Made by a program: the position numbers and the translations under genes
Notes under the pieces: generated by a model
Told to the model about the DNA's origin: nothing
The model's input: the letters and a program-made list of their open reading frames with translations, nothing else
Database searches by the model: none
In this document: positions 26,412 to 38,955 of the stretch, in pieces
Layout: every line of letters begins with the position of its first letter
Position numbering within the stretch: the stretch's first letter is position 1
Assembly (NCBI GenBank): GCA_026770705.1
Contig: JANJGN010000049.1
Span: 4,216,001-4,280,000, forward strand
Direction: 5' to 3'
Source: Isurus oxyrinchus
Lineage: Eukaryota
Length of the DNA stretch: 64,000 bases

Positions 26412-26875
26412 AATTTGTGAGAAAAAGCCAAAAGGACTTGTATGCAATGTCAAACTGTGTAGACATGCTGCACTGCAAGATCCTGTTTTACAGGAATAGA
26501 ATTGGAGTGGGACATTTTGGAATGCTGCAGAGAAATTGATCTAATTGTAAATTGACACAGCTCATTAGGAGGCCATTCGACCCATCGGGTGTGTTCTTTC
26601 TTCCACTTAGTTCCAATATCATTCTCTTTCTTCATAACCCTGAAGTTTTATTTTCCATTTCAAATAATTGCTCAATCCCCTTTTGAAAATTCTGATTGAA
26701 GAAAACCAATATTGAAAGAGGTGCAGGAGCTTCTGCAGTGTCCATGCACAGTGTGTGAAAATTAACAAAGTTCCCCTGACCCAATTACATGGAGAGTTGT
26801 GCTGGGGATTCATATATGGACTTCTAAATGAAAAGAAATAATTCGAAAAAAGAAGTCAATTATCAGCAACACCAT

Positions 26876-26948
26876 AGGCTACAGCGAGAGTTGAACTCTC
26901 GACCCCAGGTTTTCGAGACCAGTGCTCTAACCACTGAGCTACGGAGCC
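26876..26948 (-). pseudogene. tRNA-Thr-body gene with anticodon CGA (probable pseudogene)
   Basis: ggctccgtagctcagtggttagagcactggtctCGAaaacctggggtcgagagttcaactctcgctgtagcct; one mismatch each in the acceptor, anticodon and T stems. Confidence 0.8.
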
Positions 26949-27739
26949 AACTGCTAAGCAGAAAGCACGGAAAGTCGTCCATATTCAGTAGACGAGGACC
27001 AGGACGACATTTGATAGACCTGGAAATATCTGAGAGGGAGAACAGGAAGTTAAAATATGCCACATGTGGCAGAATTTGATGTGTGTCAGTTAATATAAAC
27101 TGACGCAGTGTCTGGTGAATTAAATACCGGCAAAGGTACGAGATTAATAAAAACAGAGACATGGACAAGTACAGCAATAAGAGCGACATGGTATAGGACA
27201 ATAACAACGGAAACAGGAAACTGTGTGATATGAATGGAGCAGCATTAACTGAGACAGGATTCTGTTTGATAGACACGTGGCAGGTTCTACTGGAGTAATG
27301 GCTGAGACAGAGTCTTGTGAAATGCAAATAAAAACATGTTCTAGTCTTCTATAACCAGAGACAAGCTCTAGTGCAGTGCCAACTGGGGCATGGCTTATTG
27401 TAACTTTAGCCGAGATCTGCTTCAGTGCAGTCATGACTGAGATAGTGTCAACTGTATTACGGCCCTAGTCCAGTACATAAACAACTGAGAGATGACCTTC
27501 TCTAATATGATCAGAGACCTGTCCAAGAGTAATGGAAACAGAAACGGCGTCTAATTTAATATGAACAGAGACAGTGGCATTTGCAGTAATAATTGAGACT
27601 GCGCTTGCTTCATGTTATGGAAGCAATCATGGTTTCACTGCCATCCACTGGTCAAACCTTGCTATTGCAGGTGTTGTGAAAATGTTGATTCTATTTTCTG
27701 TTTCTGAGATCAATGGTCAAAATCAGAAATAATGGAAAA

Positions 27740-27821
27740 CGTAGTCGGCAGGATTTGAACCTGCGCGGGGTAACCCCAATGGATTTCAAGTCCATCGCCT
27801 TAACCACTCGGCCACGACTAC
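27740..27821 (-). tRNA. tRNA-Ser(TGA), apparently intact
   Basis: GTAGTCGTGGCCGAGTGGTTAAGGCGATGGACTTGAAATCCATTGGGGTTACCCCGCGCAGGTTCAAATCCTGCCGACTACG; 82 nt, stems as in canonical tRNA-Ser, long variable arm, TTTT terminator directly after. Confidence 0.93.
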
Positions 27822-29918
27822 AAACCTCGATAATAGAACATATATATTTCATATATGAAATCATAGAATAGTTACAGCAGAGAAAGAGGGTCTTCTTCCT
27901 ACCCTGACACTGCAACAACCCAGTCTTTTCCCCGTAACCCTGCAATTTATGCTGTCCCTCCTCGTTCTCCCACCCAAGCTGGGAATGAAAGAGTGAGAAT
28001 GAGAAAGGAACAGAAGTGATGGGTTTTGTAGATCCCAGGGAAAAGAAACTCCCGGAACAGTTCATTGTGACAGTTCACACAGCAACAAGAAAACAACATT
28101 CACAGAGGAGGGTCAGGAGTGGGAGCGTGTTTAGTTCAAACACAGAAGACTTGTTCAGCCAATAACAGCATCGAGTGTGTTAGACATGAACATGAAGTGA
28201 ACAGTGAGGTAAAATAATGGAATAGTTTCTTTACCCAGAGAGTGGTGGGAATGTGGAACCCGATGCCACAAGGAGTGGTCGAAATGAATTGTACAGATAC
28301 ATTTAAGTGGAAACTAGGCAAGAATTTAAAGGAGAAGGGAATAGATAATTACAATTGCAGATTTAAATGAAGGTAATTTGGAGGAGACTGAAGTGGATCA
28401 TAAACACCGGAGCGGACTGGTTGGACCAAATTCCCATTTCTGTTTCCTCCATCCTGTGAGAATAATACCAGATTCTGCCGGCTCTCCAGATGATTGAAAT
28501 AGCTTATCCCTGACAGTACATGTGAATACTGCCCATAACCTCTCCAAAGACTTAACATCATTCCCAAAATGTGAACATAATCTTTCAGCTGAGGTTTAAT
28601 AAATGGTTTACAAAGATTCAGCAGCATCAGTTTGATTTTGAACTCCAAGCCTCCATTAATGAAGCCAAGGACCACATGAGATATTTTTAAAGAAAGCAGA
28701 GAGATCAACTTGTCCCGCTACCTTCGAAGATTTGTGTACACGTCACTCTATCTCTCTACTCAGTTCTCCACCAAACAAACTTTCACAGCCTGTGTGTTTT
28801 TTCCTTCATCTCCTCGTTCCGAACACTGTCCACAAGCCTTGCAGAATGGCTCGTCCACTCCAGTTTTGCCATTTCCTCGCTTCAGACCCGCTTCACTAGG
28901 GATATCTTTGTCCTACAAAATGGTGCGTTTACTTGGAACAGGAAGGGCTTGTTCAATGGCAATTGTTCAGCCAATGAGGACAACGGTTTCTGTGAGCTGG
29001 AACACAAAACCGACAGTGAGGTGACATAGTCCCACAAACTGCTCCTGTGTAAATTTCAATTTCCAAAACCCACCAACCTCATCACTGCGGCTCCTGTGAA
29101 ACTGACAAGGCGACACACGCAGACATTCATCACTGAAAGTAACTGAGACACATCCAATTCAAAACACTGTCATGTCGCATCTGTTTCTGCTTCTGTCACT
29201 GCCTCTCCTCCAGCTCCTTCTGCCCGTCCAGCTCCCAGGTCAATTAGCAGCTTGATGCAGACACATTCAGTTCATGAACACAAGCTTTCCCTGGAAATCA
29301 GGAACAGGGAATGGAAGTCCCAAAGCTTCCAGAAGGGATGGGTTCACAGATGACAGTGTAAAGATAAAACATGATCTCTCTTACTGCTTCTCCCATATAC
29401 TGATTACATGAAAAGGACACAAGGGTAACCCAGTGTCTGTTTAAATGTTGTTCAGTGAAAATTTCAATCATCCTCCACTGTGTAACATTCGGGCACTGAG
29501 TCAACAAGCAGTCTGCATTCAAAAATAAACACAGGAAGTGGCAAGCACATCTTGCAACATTTAAACCTGTTGTTATTCTCTGTACCATTTACCACGAAAA
29601 TACCGAACAAAAGTGAAAACATTTTCGATGGTAAAAATGTGTTCACCCCTTGGTGAACTGAACCACACTGATACACACAGAGGAGCATAGACAGACATAT
29701 ACACCGAGAGGGACAGAGGTCTAAGGAGAGACAAATGTCAGAGTGAAATCATGTGACCAAATTGGCTCAGTTTTGTTTTCCACTTCCCATTGGACATTTG
29801 CAGAAGGCTGACAAATGAACGGTAACAAGAGAACACGGGTGTGTTTGGATCGCTTTCCCTCGATTCAAACAATAATTAGCTCTGTTTGTGCGCCGATAAA
29901 ACCCAAAATAATGAAAAA

Positions 29919-30000
29919 CGTAATCGGCAGGATTCGAACCTGCGCAGGGTAACCCCAATGGATTTCTAATCCATTGCCTTAACCACTCGGCCACGACTAC
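29919..30000 (-). tRNA. tRNA-Ser(AGA), probably intact
   Basis: 82 nt, A and B boxes intact, changes give G-U pairs or fall in unpaired positions, TTTTT terminator. Confidence 0.82.
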
Positions 30001-30265
30001 ACAAGCTGCTCCAGTACTCTTATTACGTATATGAAATCATGCAATGGTTACAGCGAACAAAGAGGTCTTTCTGCCCGTCCTGTCACTCCCATTACCTGAC
30101 CTTTTCCCCGGAACCCTGCAATTGATTCTGTCGCTCCTCGTTCTTCTGACCAAACTGGGAATGAAAGAGTGAGAATGATCCAACCCAGCCAATTACCACC
30201 CCATCAGTCTACTCTCCATCATCAGTAAGGTAATGGAAGGGGTTATCAGCAGTGCTATCAAGCAG

Positions 30266-30514
30266 AACAAAAACAGAATTACCTGGAAAAACTCAGCAGG
30301 TCTGGCAGCATCGGCGGAGAAGAAAAGAGTTGACGTTTCGAGTCCTCATGACCCTTCGACAGAACTTGATCAAGTTCTGTCGAAGGGTCATGAGGACTCG
30401 AAACGTCAACTCTTTTCTTCTCCGCCGATGCTGCCAGACCTGCTGAGTTTTTCCAGGTAATTCTGTTTTTGTTTTGGATTTCCAGCATCCGCAGTTTTCT
30501 TGGTTTTTATCTCT
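30266..30514. mobile_element. Penelope pLTR insertion forming a perfect 208-bp palindrome (30266-30473)
   Basis: Centre agaacttga|tcaagttct at 30369/30370; 14-bp target-site duplication gtgctatcaagcag at 30252-30265 and 30515-30528. Confidence 0.93.
30373..30411 (+). ncRNA. Minimal type I hammerhead-ribozyme-like motif (mirror copy on minus strand at 30328-30366)
   Basis: agtt-CUGUCGA-a-gggtc/atgag/gactc-GAAA-C-GUC-aact: stem I agtt/aact, 5-bp stem II, GUC cleavage triplet; core has U at the usual A of CUGANGA. Confidence 0.6.
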
Positions 30515-32224
30515 GTGCTATCAAGCAGCACTGACTTAGCAATAACCTGCTCACTGATGCCCAGTTTGGGTTCCACAAGAACCACTCAGCTCCTGATCTC
30601 ATTACAGCCTTGGCTCAAATATAAACAAAAGAGCTGAACTCCCGAGATGAGGTGAGATCAGCATTTGACCGAGAGTGGCATCAAGGTGCCCGAGCACAAC
30701 TGGAGTCAATGGGAATCAGGGGGAAACTCTCGGCTTGTTGGAGTCATAACTAGCACAAAGGAAGATGGTTGTGGTGTTGGAGGTCAGTCATCTTAACTCC
30801 AGGACATCACTGCAGGAGTTCCTTAGCGTAATGTCCTCGGCCCAACCATCTTCAGCAATGAACTTCCATCCATCATCAGGGCAGAAGTGGTGAAGTTAGT
30901 TGATGATTGCACAATGTTCAGCACCGTACCCGACTCCTCAGATACTGAAGCAGTCCAAGTCCAAATGCAGCAAGACATGGGCAATATCCAGGTTTGGGCT
31001 GACAAGTGGAAAGTAACATTTGCACCCCACAAGTGTCATGCAATGACCATCTCCAACACAAGAAAATCCAACCATCGCCTCTTGATGTTCAATGGCATTA
31101 CCATCACTGAATCTCTCACTATCAACATCCTGGGTGTTCCCATTGACCAGGAACTGAACTGGACTATCCATATAAACACTGTGGCTACACGAGCAGGTCA
31201 GAGGTTAGGAATCGTGCAACGTGTAACTCACCTCCTGACTCCTCAAAGCCTGTCTACCATCTACAAGGCACAAGTTAGGAGTGTAATAGAATACTCCCCA
31301 CTTGCTTGGCTGAGTGCAGCACCCACAACACTGAAGAAGCTGGACACCATCCAGGGCAAAGCAGTCCACTTGACTGACACTACACCCACATTCACTCCCT
31401 TCACCAGCGATGCACAGTAGCAGCAGTGTGTACCATCTACAAGATGCTCTGCAGTTTTTCCCCAAGGCTGCTTAGACAGTAGCGTCCAAACCCACGATCA
31501 TTCCCAGCTAGAAGGACAAGGGCAGCAGGTAGATAGGAACACCATCACCTGGAAGTTCCCCTTTAATTCACTCACCATCCTGACTTGGAAATATATCGCC
31601 GTTCCTTCACTGTCACTGGGTCAAAATCCTGGAACTCTCTTCCTCACAGCACCATGGGCGTACCTACACAACATGGACTGCAGCGGTTCAAGAAGTAGAC
31701 CACCTTCCCAAGGGCAATCAGGGAGGGCAATAAATGCTGGCCCAGACAGCAAAGCCCACATCACGTGAACGAATAAAAGAAATCCAGATTTACCTGCAAA
31801 TTATATTGCCTTGAGCTGCTGACCAAAATAAAGCACTACAAACGTCATTGCCTGGAGCAAGGCTGACGTAATGGCTCAATTGAGGGACCACCTGAAGCTT
31901 TCAATATTGGTTTCCTTAACACTGATTTTCCAAATGGGTAATGTTCAATGGATTGAAAGCGGAAAAAACAGGGTTAAGGTGAAAGGTAAGGAAATTGTCA
32001 TTAATTATAAAGCTCTTTGTACAAAACGGACATAGGCACCATGAGTGGAAGGTCCTCTTACTGAGCTGTGCCATTTGATGATGACATTGTTGATCAGTCT
32101 GTCTCCAGCATTCCTAATGAGAACAGCCGCATTCCATTTCTTCAAAACAAAGACACAAAGTGCTGTTGCATGACGTCACCGCTTAACATTCCAGACAGCT
32201 CCATTGGGCTCTTTACAGCGCAGG

Positions 32225-32296
32225 GTTTATAGAGGCGAGTGGGGTCATATTCGCCTCACATGTGATGGAGCTGCGATTTGAAACCTGGCAAGAACA
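32225..32296 (+). pseudogene. tRNA-Val(CAC) pseudogene
   Basis: ttcgcctCACatgtga anticodon arm recognisable; A and B boxes decayed. Confidence 0.65.
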
Positions 32297-33287
32297 TAAT
32301 TCAAGCGTGTTTATTTAAGGGAGTGAAAGCTCGATAATTAACCTTTGTTGTAACTATGAACACAAGGGTTGGAATCCTGCTGACTAAAGTTTTCACCATT
32401 TCAGATTTTAACCAAATTAACTATCAGTTAATTAGAAGGGAACCCATGCAAATACGTCCGTATTTTCTGATTTCCATTCATTTGTCAGCATTCGGGGAAT
32501 TTGCGTTCGGAAATGGGACAAACACGGAGCCTAGTTGATGACATCCTTGCTTTCTGGGTGTGTGTCTCTCCTTCAGCCTCCGTCACTCTCGGTGTATATC
32601 TCTGTGTCTGTTCCCCTGTGATTGTCAATGTGGTTCAGTTCCCTCAGGGGGTGAAAACTTTTTTAATGTCGCAAAATTGATTCACATTAGTTCAGGTTAA
32701 AATGTCGATGAGAAAAGTATGAGCGTGAAAGATAAAACAGCAGACTGGCCCTTTCGATATATATCCTAAAACAACAACAACTTGTATATATGAAGCCCCT
32801 TTAACCTGTTGAAACGTCACGAGGCGTTCCCCAGGATCATTATATAACAAAGTGTGACACCGAGCCTCATATTCGGTCAGATGACTAAAAACTCGGTCAA
32901 AGCGGGAGGCTTTAAAAACTGTCTTGAAGGGGGGAAGTATCGATTTCATGTTCCAGCTAACAGTAATCGTTCTTCTCATTGGTGAAGAAGTCATTTGTGT
33001 TCAACAGAACACAAGTCCAGTGACTTGGAATTGGCGCTTTCATTGGACCAACAGCGAACAGGATGGAGGGTTTTGGAGATTGGAAGTTGCACATGTGCAG
33101 CTTGTGGGACTATTTCACTTCATTGTCGATTTCATGTTCCAGCTCACGGCAACCGTTGTTTTCACTGGCTGACGAAGTCGTTTATCTTGAACCTAAACTG
33201 ACAGTTTTGTGGTGAAAGAGATTTGAACTGAAAAACAATAGGCAAAAGCAGCGTAGATAAGCCGAATCGAAAAACTTTGGTGCAATT

Positions 33288-33359
33288 TCCCTGGTGGTCC
33301 AGTGGTTAGGTTTCGGCGCTCTTACTACCACTGCCCGGGTTCGATTTCCAGTCAGAGAA
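33288..33359 (+). pseudogene. tRNA-Glu pseudogene (anticodon position reads CTT, stem broken)
   Basis: tccctggtggtccagtggttagg...cccgggttcgatttcc. Confidence 0.85.
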
Positions 33360-34522
33360 CGTTGCTTATTGAATTTTCTGAAACGAGTGTAGATCACTCA
33401 TTGATGAGAAACGTTTAAAAGCTTCAGCAGAATCAGATAAGTGAGGGTTTAAATTTCGCCTCAGATCTGGAAAACATCACACTCGTGAGTGGCAGTGAAG
33501 GGAAGAGGAGACGGGTGTTTACAAAGCACTCACTATAGAAGTGTTGGTGTGAGGCAAAATATGGCCGGGAGAAGTACGAACTTTGCTGCCTACTGTTTGC
33601 ATTGGCACAAATATCACTCCTGATGGATCAACCAATCACTACTGCTCTTTGAAAGCAGCACGCCCGGCCGAATGGCCTCTTTCTGTGCTGTGACTTTCTA
33701 TAATTTTATGTTTCCCAACAGCACGGGTCATTCTGCCATTTTACCACCCACTCGAGCGAGATGTACTTTCTCACCTTGCATTTGGCTCTTTTGAAACCTA
33801 AACATGGAGCATATTGCGCGAGTTTTCTTGTCATTTCCAGCACGGGATTTGTCGAGAGGCTAATTGAACGACACATTAATGGTACCAATCCTTGCACTGG
33901 AGCTCACTGCGTCCATAGAATGCTGTTATCATCAGCCTGTTATGCACCTCCTTGCAGTACATCTGCTGAACAATATACGCTTATCACAGCTCTGCTTTAT
34001 TCACATTGAAATCCAGTGTGAAAATCAATTTCAAAGCTGAACAACTGGGAGGAGATTGTGACTGTGGATAATCGGCATTGGACACATTCCTGTAATCAGT
34101 ATCTGGGAGAACCAGGAAGATGAGATCCAGGTGTCCCTTTACTCACGAGTTTTACCCATTCCCACGAACTGACTGTGTCTGCATCAAGTAGCTCATTGAC
34201 CTGGGAGCTGGACGGGCAGAGGGAGCTGGAGATGAGGCAGGGACAGAATCAGAAAGAGATGCGAAATGAAATTACTTTCAATTTGATGTGTGTCAGTTGT
34301 TTTCAGTGGTGAATGTCTGTCTTGTAGGTTTCACAGGAGACGCAGTGATTAGTTGGTGTTTTTTAAGCAGGACGATGTAAATATGAAAAGATAAAAGCAA
34401 ATTACTGCTAATGATGGAAACCTGAAACAAAAACAGATAATGCTGGAAGTACTCAGTAGTTGGAAGGAGAAACAGGGGCCATGTTCCCAGCCCGTACAAC
34501 ACTTCCCCAGATTTTTAAACAG

Positions 34523-34595
34523 CACCCAGCTTGGGGTTCGAATCCACGATACTAACATAAAGAATCTCTTGCTCTACCGGCTGAGCTAGCCAGGA
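34523..34595 (-). pseudogene. tRNA-Lys pseudogene
   Basis: cctggctagctcagccggtagagca...gtggattcgaacccca; anticodon arm broken. Confidence 0.8.
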
Positions 34596-35568
34596 ACGTG
34601 CATAGTCATTGCCTATCCCAACATACGTGGATGGTTTTGTTGCTTTCCACCTGATTCCTCAGCTTGGTCGGAATTTTAAAGTGTGGAACGTAATCGGCCG
34701 ACAAATGCCCCAAAGTTGCAATTCATTCCTCTCAATCATCAATAACATCATTCACATCTTCCCCTTCTTAGCTGCACCTCCTTCCAAATACTGTGTTCGA
34801 TTTTCCTCAGGATTTTCTCCTGCATTTAATACTTACCTGCTTTGTGTCCTCATTTTGAAACTTTTCGCATCAACATCCAACACAAATTGAGTTGCAAACC
34901 TGACGGACAAACAATGGAAAACAAGTCTATCGTAACACAAATCCTAGGGTGCTTATTTTCAGATTCACAACAGTCAGCTTTTCAATAAAAAGAAGGAATT
35001 TTATAGTGAAATGATTAGCAAGTTGGTGTGACTTTTATTTCTAGGTCACTCACTCGGGTACTCTGTAAATGTTTGTCGGAGGTTTAGTGACCAGGATATA
35101 ATCTACCTGTGTTTTCCTGAGCCTGTGCTCCGTGTATTGGGAGGTTTGGCCCGGGTTGGGGTATTTTGTGTTCCAGGGATGGGCAGTAACCCGCTGATTG
35201 AAGCTGCGGTCGCCGCTTTCTGCTGGCAGCGGGTGATTGGAGAGTGCGGGGCCGGAATATTGCTGCCTTGCTGCTTTTCCCTGTCTCACTCACTGTGGAA
35301 ATGAGGAAGAGGGAAGAATTGATGGATTTGTTTGAATCCAATAACTTCATAGATTTCCAGTGTGTTGGATATCGGTACATGGCATGCCTAATTGTTTTCC
35401 CTTTACATTTGAAATGAATATTCGAAAAAAAGCCGCTTGCCTGGGAGCTCACTGGATAACAATGGATCCGGCAACATTTCTGGAGTCTTGACATTTAGTT
35501 CAAGGACCCAATGACAACCAGGAATTGTGTGACAGTGAAGGCTGATGGGGAAAAAACAATAACAGCTT

Positions 35569-35642
35569 CGCCCCTGGGTAGCCGCGAGCCACCAACCTTT
35601 CAGTTAACAGTCGAACGCGCTAACCGATTGCTTCACAGAGAC
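35569..35642 (-). pseudogene. tRNA-Asn(GTT) pseudogene
   Basis: 74-nt colinear match; B box altered (ggctcgcggc). Confidence 0.85.
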
Positions 35643-36787
35643 TAATGCATGCGTAACCGGCGTGTCAGCGAGTTAAAGCTTCAGATTGCAGCGAACGGAA
35701 TGACAATTGTTCTCTCTCGGTTTTACTCTTCCGAAATAAATGGGGACATTCATTGTGGATACATGGAAATTGACTGATCCCACCCACTGCAGACCTATCC
35801 CTGTCACCGGAAACCGGCTCTCCTACAACCGGAGCTGTATCCTTTCGAGCCTTTCGGTGTCTTGTCTGTTACCAAGTATTCTGATTGTCCTGAAGCCGAT
35901 ATTAGGTTTGAATTCCTGATTTGCAGTAACGAGAATCCTTTCAAAGTCTCAGATCAGTAAATTTCACTGATAACATCAGAGTCAATGTTCCAGCATCTGA
36001 AAGAAGGGAAAGGTGCCTTGACTGTCTCTGGTCAGTCGGACAATTCACCCTTCATTCTCCTCTGATTCCGGTTCCCAAAGTCTTTCTGAAGATTCATAAA
36101 GCTGGAGACTGGGTTTTCTGTTTTGGTTCTTTCTCCAGTTACCCACCTGCCAACTGACAATATTTTCCAAAATCTTGCCTCAATCCTCCGCCTTGCATCA
36201 TATCCAGAGATGAGGAAATTCAGTTTTATGGATAGTTTATGGAGACCGGGATTGTCCTTATGGAGCAAAGAAGGTTCAACGGAGATTTCACGGAGCTGTT
36301 CAAAATGACGGGGTTGGGGACGACAGGGACGAGGCGGTTTGATATTGCAGATAGGAAGGGGCTGTTTCCACTGACGGGGGTCAGTAACCAGAGGACTGGG
36401 AGTTAAGATAATTAAAGAAGGACAGACTTGCATTTTAATAGCACTATTCCCGACCAGTGGATGTCTCAAACCACTTTCCAGCCAATTAAGTACTGTCTTG
36501 AAATAAAAACAGAAAATGTTGGAAAACTCAGCAGGTTTCTCTCTCCGCAGATGCTGTCAGACCTGTTGAGTTATTCCTGCATTTTCTGTTTCTCTTTCCA
36601 GGTTTCCGCAATTTTGCTTTTATTGAAGTGGAGCCATTGATGTAATGAAGGGAACACGGCAACCAATCACCGCTCAGGAAACAGCCAAAACCAGGGACGT
36701 CACAATGAGCAGACCATGTGCTGTTGGTTGAAGGATAAACACTGACAAGGCCACGTGGCTGCAACGTGAACCCACAGATTTTGATAA

Positions 36788-36861
36788 TGGCTCTGCCCAG
36801 TTATGAACCAGAGACCGTTTCACGTGTTAGACAAGCATGATAATCACTGCACCACAGAAAC
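36788..36861 (-). pseudogene. tRNA-Val(AAC) pseudogene
   Basis: gtttctgtggtgcagtgattatca...ctAACacgtgaaa...ggttcataact. Confidence 0.8.
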
Positions 36862-37618
36862 AGGAAACAGCACAAAGGCTCGATGGGCTTTACTAAAATG
36901 TAAAGCGGTGACGTCATGCAGCAGCACTTTGGGTCTTTGTTTTGAAGAAATGAAATTCGGCTGTTCTCATTAGGAATGCTGGAGACAGACTGATCAACAA
37001 TGTCATCATCAGATGGCACAGCTCAGTAAGAGACCTTTCGGACAATCATATCTTTGTCAGTTTTGTACAAAGAGATTTCTAGTTAGTCTCAATTTCTTTG
37101 CCTCCTTCCATAACCTTTTTTTCTCCCTGTCAAGTCTTTGTCCAATTCCCTATTGAAAACTCCGAGTTACGAAAAACCATATTGAAAGAGGTGCAGGAGT
37201 TTCTGCTGTGTCCATACTCAGTGTGTGAACATTAACAACGCTTCCCTGACCCAATGACATGAAGAGTTGGCTTTTGACACTTTAACAGTTTTCAAAATTT
37301 TAAAAATAGTTGATCTCAAATCGAATTATTAAAAAATGTTTATCCTGACCAATCATCTGCTCATTTTTCTTAGTCAATATTTACAATTTCATTACCTTTT
37401 ACCAACATTTTTACCAACATTTCACGGACAGTCACACAGGAAAAAAGAAACATCATTTGAAACATCGAACTAATGAAACATTGAAAAATAAGTTAGCAGT
37501 AGAGATGATTTCTGATTTTTGTATGTTACAAAGTGCAGGATGATCTGATTAACTGGCGGAGCTCGTTCGAGTTTCCCAATAACTTATTCCTGCTCCTTTG
37601 CCTTTGTTCTGTTTCATT

Positions 37619-37695
37619 GGCAATACCAGCGGTCTAAGGCATGGATTAAATATCTAGTCTCTTAGGAGGGCATGGGTTCAAATCCCACCGCTATT
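37619..37695 (+). pseudogene. tRNA-Leu pseudogene
   Basis: agcggtctaaggc...agtctctt...gggttcaaatcccaccgct matches the Leu(AAG/TAG) body. Confidence 0.75.
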
Positions 37696-37979
37696 AAACG
37701 TTTAATTTATCTGCCTTTTAGGATCTGCAGCTGTTCCAATTTGAACCAACAGATACCAACTCATATTAAATCCAACGTAGCATGTTGGGCTTTACTTTGA
37801 TAGGAGGAACGAGGAGCGATGATATAAATATGAGTTGCTGTAGTAAAAAGGCGGTGTGTGGAATTACAGTCGCTGAGCTGCTCTGGCACAGAGTCGGCAT
37901 GTAAAGAACATGCTGAATGACCGTCTGATGTAGCCGCCTATAATTTTGTACAAATGTCATTAATGCAAATCTGGGGCTT

Positions 37980-38061
37980 GGATTCGTGACTGAGTGGTTC
38001 AGGTGACGGGTTTTGAATGCATTGGGATCTCCACAGGTCGGCTGGAATCCTGCCAATTACG
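37980..38061 (+). pseudogene. tRNA-Ser pseudogene
   Basis: tcgtgactgagtggttcagg...gaatcctgccaattacg. Confidence 0.65.
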
Positions 38062-38795
38062 CTTCTTAGCATTCCTGAATTTTACAGTGTATCTGCACAA
38101 TTAATTGTCTAAACAAGTTGAATAAAAACCATCTAAAACCTTCAGCGTTCTCTAATGTCTATTCGTCTGCAAGCTTTCACAAGAGTTGCAGCGAGAATTG
38201 GAACAAAGACGGAACCAGGTTGGTGTCAGGCTTCATTTCTGGGTGTTTGTCTCTCTTAGAGAAAATCCCTTGCCCTCTGTTATTCTCGGTGTATATGTCT
38301 GTGTGTGTCCCTCTGTGTGTATCAATGTGGTTCAATTCCCCGCTGGGATTAACATTTATTTACCATCACTAAGTTTATTCACATTAGTTTCGAATTTCAC
38401 AGAGAAAAATATCAGGATGGAAGTTGCAGGAGGAGTTTGCAATGTTTGGAAGGAGGTGCAGCTAAAAAGGGAAAGATTCAGGGAGAAGTTTTGGAACAAG
38501 ACTGGGAGGTATTTGTGTCGGTGTAAACTGTAAAGCCTTCCTTATTCCCGTTATAATTTGCCTTGCACAAACATCTCTCTGGTCAGGGTTTTGCAACCTA
38601 TCACAGACCTTCTCTCATTCCCTATCTTCACCTTTACATTTGTTCTCGACCTGTTGCACGGGTGATATTTCCAGCTCTGAGGCAGAACTCCAGCTCTCAC
38701 TCCACTGATTCAGGCAGAGATGAACATCTTCTGTTTTTCATCAAGAAACAACTCAGACTCATTTTAACAGTTTGCACGAGGTCAGTAAATCTCCA

Positions 38796-38867
38796 TTCCC
38801 TGACTAGGAATCAAACCTGGACCACAGCAGTGAAAGGACTGAATCCTGACCACTAGACCACCAAGAA
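38796..38867 (-). pseudogene. tRNA-Glu(TTC) pseudogene
   Basis: 72-nt colinear match with systematic CpG loss. Confidence 0.8.
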
Positions 38868-38955
38868 AGCTGCTCACAAGCCTCACAACGTGCCTTATCC
38901 ATGCTACCTTTGCCTTTTATTTTTGCTTCAGACCTCTTTCACCAGAGACACGTTT

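Larger units (their letters stand above)
30180..31780 (+). mobile_element. 5'-truncated CR1/L2-group LINE (degenerate RT and 3' tail), interrupted by a Penelope palindrome
   Basis: PISLLSIISKVMEGVI...AQFGF and VDDCTMF...WADKWKVTFAPHKC...YKAQVRSVIEYSPLAW; 3' end gggcaataaatgctggcc. Confidence 0.9.
32050..36070 (-). repeat. Segmental unit copy B, inverted relative to copy A
   Basis: Val-Glu-Lys-Asn order and spacer sequences are the reverse complement of 21340-24950. Confidence 0.85.

Noticed and set aside
32065-32167. Conserved 103-bp island as a C/D-box snoRNA
   Set aside because: ATGATGA resembles box C, but there is no conserved 3' CTGA box D or terminal stem.
33288-33359. Glu-to-Lys anticodon switch (CTT)
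   Set aside because: The anticodon stem is broken, so this is ordinary pseudogene decay.
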